From an uncultured Bacteroidota bacterium (GTDB lineage: Bacteria > Bacteroidota > Bacteroidia > B-17B0 > Aurantibacillaceae): DNA of 64,000 bases. A model generated the notes under the pieces. It was given only the letters and a program-made list of their open reading frames with translations, ran no database searches and was not told the DNA's origin. Made by a program: the position numbers and the translations under genes. This document shows positions 58,542 to 64,000 of this stretch, in pieces. The DNA lies in assembly GCA_937868545.1 (NCBI GenBank), contig CALMMX010000231.1, positions 1,233-65,232 on the forward strand. The letters run 5' to 3'. How positions within the stretch are numbered: the stretch's first letter is position 1; each line of letters begins with the position of its first letter.

Positions 58542-60551
58542 TTTGTAAGAACGTTGTGCTATTTTAATATTTTCAAATTTAAGTTCTTCTTTATTAAGCT
58601 CCCAATTGCTCTCTCCTTTGTATTCCCAAGCAGCAACATATGCAAAGTTAACGTCATCACGTTTTGCTTCACCTTCTTCTGTTTGGTGTTCTTCACGGAA
58701 GTGGCCTCCACAGCTTTCTTCACGGTGTAATGCATCTTTACACATTAGCTCGCCTAATTCTATGAAATCAGCAACACGTCCCGCTTTTTCTAAATCCGGA
58801 TTAAATTCATCTGCGCTTCCTAAAACACGCACATCACTCCAAAATTCTTTACGTAATGCTTGTATTTCAGCAATAGCTTCAGTTAAGCCTTGTTTATTAC
58901 GAGCCATACCGCATTTATTCCACATAATTAATCCTAAACGTTTATGGAAACTTTCTACTGATTTAGTTCCTTTTATATTTAAGAATTTATTGATTAAATC
59001 TGTTTGCTCTTTTAAAGCTGCATCAAATGCTGGATGTTTTGTTTTTAATTTATCTATTGAATCTGCTTTATCTTTTTCAGCACTCATACGAGAAACTTCT
59101 TCAGATAAATACACTCCTAAAGTATACGGTATTACAAAATAACCATCAGCTAAACCTTGCATTAATGCTGAAGCACCTAAACGGTTAGCACCATGGTCAG
59201 AGAAGTTAGCTTCACCCAATGCATATAAACCTTTTACAGTGGTCATTAAGTTATAATCTACCCATAAACCACCCATTGTGTAATGCACCGCTGGGTAAAT
59301 ACGCATAGGTACTTCGTAAGGGTTTTCTCCAGTAATTTGTTGATACATATCAAACAAGTTACCATATTTTTCTTTAATTACTTCTTTACCTAAGCGCATG
59401 ATTTCTTCTTGGCTTGGGTTATGAAGATTTTTCTTAGTAGCTTCTGTTCTTCCGTAACGAGCTGTATTAAATGCAAAATCTAAATACACAGCCATTTTAG
59501 AATTACCAACACCGTAACCAGCATCACAACGCTCTTTAGCTCCACGAGAAGCCACATCACGAGGAACTAAGTTACCAAATGCCGGGTAACGACGCTCTAA
59601 GTAATAATCTCTTTCTTCCTCAGGAATATCAGTTGGTTTACGGTTATCATCTTTCTTTTTTGGAACCCAAATACGTCCATCATTACGTAATGATTCCGAC
59701 ATTAAAGTTAATTTAGATTGATGATCGCCAGATACTGGAATACAAGTTGGGTGAATTTGTGTATAGCAAGGGTTTCCAAAAAAAGCTCCTTTTTTATGAG
59801 CTTTCCAAGCTGCAGTAACATTACTTCCCATTGCGTTAGTAGATAAGTAAAATACGTTTCCGTAACCACCTGTACACAATAATACTGCATGACCAAAATG
59901 TTTTTCCATTTCGCCAGTAATTAAATTACGAGCAATAATACCACGAGTAATGCCATCAATAGTAACAACGTCTAACATTTCGTGACGAGCGCATAATTCA
60001 ACAGCACCCATACCAACTTGGCGTTGTAAAGCAGAATAAGCACCTAGTAACAATTGTTGACCTGTTTGTCCAGCAGCATAAAATGTACGTTGTACTTGTG
60101 TACCACCAAATGAACGGTTACTTAATAAACCACCATACTCACGAGCTAAAGGAACACCTTGAGCAACACATTGGTCAATAATATTTGAAGACACTTCTGC
60201 TAAACGATGAACGTTTGCTTCACGTGCTCTATAATCACCACCTTTAATAGTATCATAAAATAAACGGTAAGTTGAATCACCATCATTTTGATAATTTTTT
60301 GCGGCATTGATACCACCTTGAGCTGCAATAGAGTGCGCACGACGAGGAGAATCTTGAAAACAAAATACTTTTACTTTGTATCCCATTTCAGCTAATGAAG
60401 AAGCTGCTGAAGCTCCAGCTAAACCAGAACCTACAACTAATACTTCTAAACTACGTTTATTAGCTGGATTTACAAGATGAACTGTTGAGCGATACTTTGA
60501 CCATTTTTGATCAATTGCTCCTTCAGGTATTTTTGAATCTAATTTTGACAT
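58539..60551 (-). CDS. sdhA: succinate dehydrogenase/fumarate reductase flavoprotein subunit
   Basis: [15 protein letters not shown] motif, [19 protein letters not shown]; 670 aa Bacteroides-type. Confidence 0.92.
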   Translation of the reverse strand: MSKLDSKIPEGAIDQKWSKYRSTVHLVNPANKRSLEVLVVGSGLAGASAASSLAEMGYKVKVFCFQDSPRRAHSIAAQGGINAAKNYQNDGDSTYRLFYDTIKGGDYRAREANVHRLAEVSSNIIDQCVAQGVPLAREYGGLLSNRSFGGTQVQRTFYAAGQTGQQLLLGAYSALQRQVGMGAVELCARHEMLDVVTIDGITRGIIARNLITGEMEKHFGHAVLLCTGGYGNVFYLSTNAMGSNVTAAWKAHKKGAFFGNPCYTQIHPTCIPVSGDHQSKLTLMSESLRNDGRIWVPKKKDDNRKPTDIPEEERDYYLERRYPAFGNLVPRDVASRGAKERCDAGYGVGNSKMAVYLDFAFNTARYGRTEATKKNLHNPSQEEIMRLGKEVIKEKYGNLFDMYQQITGENPYEVPMRIYPAVHYTMGGLWVDYNLMTTVKGLYALGEANFSDHGANRLGASALMQGLADGYFVIPYTLGVYLSEEVSRMSAEKDKADSIDKLKTKHPAFDAALKEQTDLINKFLNIKGTKSVESFHKRLGLIMWNKCGMARNKQGLTEAIAEIQALRKEFWSDVRVLGSADEFNPDLEKAGRVADFIELGELMCKDALHREESCGGHFREEHQTEEGEAKRDDVNFAYVAAWEYKGESNWELNKEELKFENIKIAQRSYK

Positions 60552-60567
60552 ATCTTAAATATATATA

Positions 60568-61230
60568 TTATTGAATAATGTGTAAAAACATAACTATTGG
60601 CATAGAAGCAAACAATAAGCTTACTATAATTGAAAACCAAACACCAAAAGATTTTATAGTTGGTGTATAATTTTTATGATTTAATCCTAATGATTGAAAT
60701 GCAGATTGCACACCGTGCAACAAGTGATAACATAATGCACCAACTCCTAATAAATAAATAGCTACAAAATACCATTGGTCAAAAACAACTTTCATACTTT
60801 CAAATGTATTATGCTCTTGGTGAGAGAATACAGCCACTTTAGTTGGGAACCAAAAATTAGCAAAATGCACTACTAAAAACATTAATAATAATGAACCCAA
60901 AACTCCCATACTACGGCTATACCATTTAGAGTTAGCAGCTCCATCAACCTTTGCATAAGCAACAGGACGAGCTTTTTTGTTTTGCATTGTTAAAATTAAA
61001 GCTTGTACAGCGTGTAATATTAAACCAGCAAGTAAACCAATTTCCAGAATTCTAATTACAGGGTTATGTGCCATAAAATCGGCAGCTGCATTAAATGTTT
61101 GTCCGCCATCATTAAAAAATATGCATGCATTAATGCTTACATGTATAACCAAAAAAGAAACAAGGAACAAACCGGTAAGCCCCATTACAACTTTTTTTCC
61201 AATTGATGATTTTAAAAATCCTTTACTCAT
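60568..61230 (-). CDS. sdhC: succinate dehydrogenase cytochrome b subunit (b558 family)
   Basis: 220 aa, 5 TM spans with conserved His residues, directly upstream of sdhA. Confidence 0.8.
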   Translation of the reverse strand: MSKGFLKSSIGKKVVMGLTGLFLVSFLVIHVSINACIFFNDGGQTFNAAADFMAHNPVIRILEIGLLAGLILHAVQALILTMQNKKARPVAYAKVDGAANSKWYSRSMGVLGSLLLMFLVVHFANFWFPTKVAVFSHQEHNTFESMKVVFDQWYFVAIYLLGVGALCYHLLHGVQSAFQSLGLNHKNYTPTIKSFGVWFSIIVSLLFASMPIVMFLHIIQ

Positions 61231-61397
61231 ATAGAAATGTATTTAATTTTTTACGCGACAAATGTATGATTGCAGAACGTCTTTAACAAATTTTTTGTCG
61301 TTTTTCCAATATTAATAACACTTTAAAACGCTTATTGTTCAAGGGTTTAGAAGCAAGTCTTTATTTGGAATAATTCTAAATACAGTTGTTGTCGAAT

Positions 61398-62450
61398 TTA
61401 ACGAGAAATACCTCTTTTATTAAGGGCATCTTGATAAGCTTTGGCATTTTTTTGATGCACTGCATAATCATTTGTAAAATTTGAATAGCCACTAAAATCA
61501 GGTTTTGCACAAAAAAAGGTATGAGTATGTTTTGAGTAATTTAATACAGCATCTAAAGTTGATGGTTGAACTAAACATATTGGACCAGGAGGTAACCCTT
61601 TATACATGTATGTATTATAGGGGGAATCAATTTCTTTATCAACTGATAAAACACGTTGTACATCAAAATTTTTATTTGCAAAAACTATTGTAGGATCTGC
61701 TTGCAATTTCATATCTTGTTTTAATCTATTGATATAAACGCCTGCAATTTTTTGCTGCTCAGTTTTAATATTACTTTCACTTTGAGTAATAGAGGCAATT
61801 GTAATGATTTCTGGAACAGAATATCCCATTGCCTTTGCTTTATCTTTCTTTGCCTTTGTCCAAACTTCATTAAATGATTTTTTAAGTTCATCTATTAATT
61901 CAGGCAATGTAGTAGCCCAACTTAATTCATATGTTTTAGGGACCACTAAACACATCATATTTTTTGAATCTAACCCAAAATCATCTGCAAGTTTTTCATC
62001 ATTATTACAAAACTCTTCTAACTCATTTCTTTCAACTTCTATTTTATCGGCAACGTAATCTATAAATTGTTCTTGTGTTCTAATTTGAGAATTAAAAAAC
62101 AACTTAACTTTTTCTTGCTTGTTTTTTTTTATTGCATTTACAATTGAGCGATTACTCATTTTTTCGTCAATTCTAAATTTACCAGAATGGATGTTATTTG
62201 GCAAATCCATTTCGCGTGCAGTCCATTCAAAGCTTTCCTTGTCTTCAATAATGTTTAAGGCGTAAATTTCTTCAAGCATTTCATTATAAGTGGCATTTGA
62301 CTTAATATAGATGTAAGTATATTTTTTACCGTTTAACTTAACATTACTCTTAAATACATTTTCATAGGCCCAATATCCTCCAAAGGCAACAATACCAAGA
62401 ACTAAAATTATTATTACTTTTTTAACCACTCCACCTTTCGATTTTGCCAT
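61398..62450 (-). CDS. mltG: endolytic murein transglycosylase MltG (YceG-like)
   Basis: N-terminal TM, ASIIEKE-like ASITQSE, LQADPTIVFA, YNTYMYKGLPPGPI. Confidence 0.9.
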   Translation of the reverse strand: MAKSKGGVVKKVIIILVLGIVAFGGYWAYENVFKSNVKLNGKKYTYIYIKSNATYNEMLEEIYALNIIEDKESFEWTAREMDLPNNIHSGKFRIDEKMSNRSIVNAIKKNKQEKVKLFFNSQIRTQEQFIDYVADKIEVERNELEEFCNNDEKLADDFGLDSKNMMCLVVPKTYELSWATTLPELIDELKKSFNEVWTKAKKDKAKAMGYSVPEIITIASITQSESNIKTEQQKIAGVYINRLKQDMKLQADPTIVFANKNFDVQRVLSVDKEIDSPYNTYMYKGLPPGPICLVQPSTLDAVLNYSKHTHTFFCAKPDFSGYSNFTNDYAVHQKNAKAYQDALNKRGISR

Positions 62451-62464
62451 ACTCTATACGTTCT

Positions 62465-63271
62465 CTAAAAAAAACTTTCTTTTATTAATACAAAAAGCCC
62501 CACGCATAAAGTAAACCAGCCAAATGCAGGTTTCAACTTATTAGCTGAAATTTTATCAGAGAAATAACTGCCAGCTATAATCCCTAAAATACACACCGCA
62601 GAAATACCAAACAATAAAATCCAATTAATATTTTGATGACCAATGTTGCCTGTAAAACCAACTATTGAATTTATTGCAATAATTAATAAAGACGTTCCAA
62701 TTGCTTTTTTAAAATTCAATCTTAAAAAAAAGATGAGCACTGGTACAATTATAAAACCTCCACCCGCACCAATAAAGCCGGTAATAACACCAACTAAAAT
62801 TCCCATAAAAACAACAGCAGGAATACCAATAGGACTTTTAGCAAACTCATCCCATTTAACTTGATTTATTTTATTTGGTTTCCTTTTCTTAATCATGCTG
62901 TATGATGATATCAATATTAAAATTGAAAACAATACCATAATTAAAATGTGTTTAGCAACCTCAACTCCAAATAAAGTAAAGGTTTCAGGGATTGCTGGCA
63001 TTACAAATTTACGTACACAAAATACAGTAACCATTGATGCAATTGCAAATTGTATGATTGCCTCCATGCTAATTTCACCTTTCTTTAAATAGGCAATAGC
63101 ACCAATTAATGAAGTTGTACCAACTATGAAAAGTGAATAGGTAGTAGCTACATCTGCCTGAAAACCCATTATATAAACCAAAACAGGCACACCTAAAATT
63201 GAACCGCCGCCGCCAATTAAACCCAATATGAGTCCAATAATAAGAAATGCAATTATACCTATTGTTGTCAA
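62465..63271 (-). CDS. TauE/SafE family sulfite/anion exporter
   Basis: 268 aa, 8 TM spans, duplicated GGGGSILGVP / GAGGGFIIVP motifs. Confidence 0.85.
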   Translation of the reverse strand: MTTIGIIAFLIIGLILGLIGGGGSILGVPVLVYIMGFQADVATTYSLFIVGTTSLIGAIAYLKKGEISMEAIIQFAIASMVTVFCVRKFVMPAIPETFTLFGVEVAKHILIMVLFSILILISSYSMIKKRKPNKINQVKWDEFAKSPIGIPAVVFMGILVGVITGFIGAGGGFIIVPVLIFFLRLNFKKAIGTSLLIIAINSIVGFTGNIGHQNINWILLFGISAVCILGIIAGSYFSDKISANKLKPAFGWFTLCVGLFVLIKESFF

Positions 63272-64000
63272 CTAACTTTTTGTAACTGTACTTAAAATAT
63301 TTAACTCTTTTAATTGCTCATCGCTAATTTCACTAGGACTATCAATCATTACATCGCGACCTGAATTATTTTTAGGGAAAGCAATAAAATCTCTAATACT
63401 ATCACTTCCACCAAACAATGAACATAATCTATCAAAACCAAAAGCTAAACCGCCGTGAGGAGGCGCACCAAATTCAAATGCATTCATTAAAAAGCCAAAT
63501 TGTTTTTGAGCTTCTTCTTTAGTAAAACCAAGCAAATCAAACATCTGAGCTTGTAATTCTTTATTATGAATTCGAATACTTCCTCCACCAACTTCAACAC
63601 CATTAATAACTAAATCATAAGCATTAGCTCTTACAGCACCTGGATTAGTTTTTAATAATTCAAAATCTTCAGGATTTGGTGAAGTAAATGGATGATGTTT
63701 CGCATGCCATCTACCAGCTAAAGATGCTAATAAATTAGGGTCACCATCATTCCATTCTAATAAAGGAAAATCTATTACCCATAATGCAGAAAATTTTGAT
63801 TTATCTCTTAAGCCTAAACGAGCGCCCATTTCTAAACGTAATTCGCTCATTGCCTTACGCGTTTTTTCATCAGAACCTGCTAAAATTAAAATTAAATCTC
63901 CAGGTTGTGAACCGCACGCAACTGACCAAGCTTTTAAATCCTCTTCACTATAAAATTTATCAACGCTTGATTTAATTGTTCCATCTGCATTATGACGAGC
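63272..64000 (-). CDS. aspS: aspartate--tRNA ligase, C-terminal part; gene runs off the window
   Basis: The C-terminal class II motif 3 region [15 protein letters not shown]. My translation of 63851-64000 stays in frame ([12 protein letters not shown]...[12 protein letters not shown]), so the real start lies beyond 64000. Confidence 0.9.
   Translation of the reverse strand, partial: ARHNADGTIKSSVDKFYSEEDLKAWSVACGSQPGDLILILAGSDEKTRKAMSELRLEMGARLGLRDKSKFSALWVIDFPLLEWNDGDPNLLASLAGRWHAKHHPFTSPNPEDFELLKTNPGAVRANAYDLVINGVEVGGGSIRIHNKELQAQMFDLLGFTKEEAQKQFGFLMNAFEFGAPPHGGLAFGFDRLCSLFGGSDSIRDFIAFPKNNSGRDVMIDSPSEISDEQLKELNILSTVTKS

Noticed and set aside
1-64000. Search for tRNA, rRNA, tmRNA, CRISPR arrays, transposases, integrases, and toxin-antitoxin or known defence genes.
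   Set aside because: None was recognised by eye in intergenic regions or in the ORF translations. A covariance-model or HMM scan would be needed to exclude small RNAs formally.

Overview
Visibly AT-rich chromosomal segment (G+C not computed) with a Bacteroidota signature: several cargo proteins with type A or type B T9SS C-terminal sorting domains, type III glutamine synthetase, an sdhCAB-type succinate dehydrogenase/fumarate reductase, SusC/D-less glycan genes and TPR-type sensor kinases. All calls rest on reading the supplied translations for family motifs, because no database search was possible. Most of the window is housekeeping: gcvP, ridA, surE, lpxB, glnN, kdsC, ccmBCDEF, gpx, ftsE, ogt, mfd, two ALDH genes, sdhCAB, mltG and aspS. 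I recognised no rRNA, tRNA, CRISPR array, integrase or transposase. The points worth a second look are listed here. (1) A 192-nt copy of the glnN 3' end lies 6.7 kb downstream, differs only by silent changes, and forms the tail of a multiply deleted glnN remnant with its own terminator. Together with glnN it brackets a five-gene minus-strand block encoding a two-component system and surface proteins. (2) Two small IVS-protein-type cassettes, one GxxExxY and one four-helix-bundle, each exactly fill an intra-operon spacer (ALDH pair, sdhA-sdhB). Each is bounded by inverted short-motif repeat arrays. (3) An ALDH paralog lacks the catalytic domain. (4) The System I cytochrome c maturation cluster carries a CxxxY-type (Cys instead of His) CcmE, with no ccmA, ccmG or ccmH nearby. 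(5) A GbsR-like regulator has two identical-architecture palindromic operators and is followed by a trio of small membrane proteins. (6) A NIDO-like domain sits at the N-terminus of a type B T9SS adhesin. (7) A tight three-gene operon encodes secreted proteins of unknown function.
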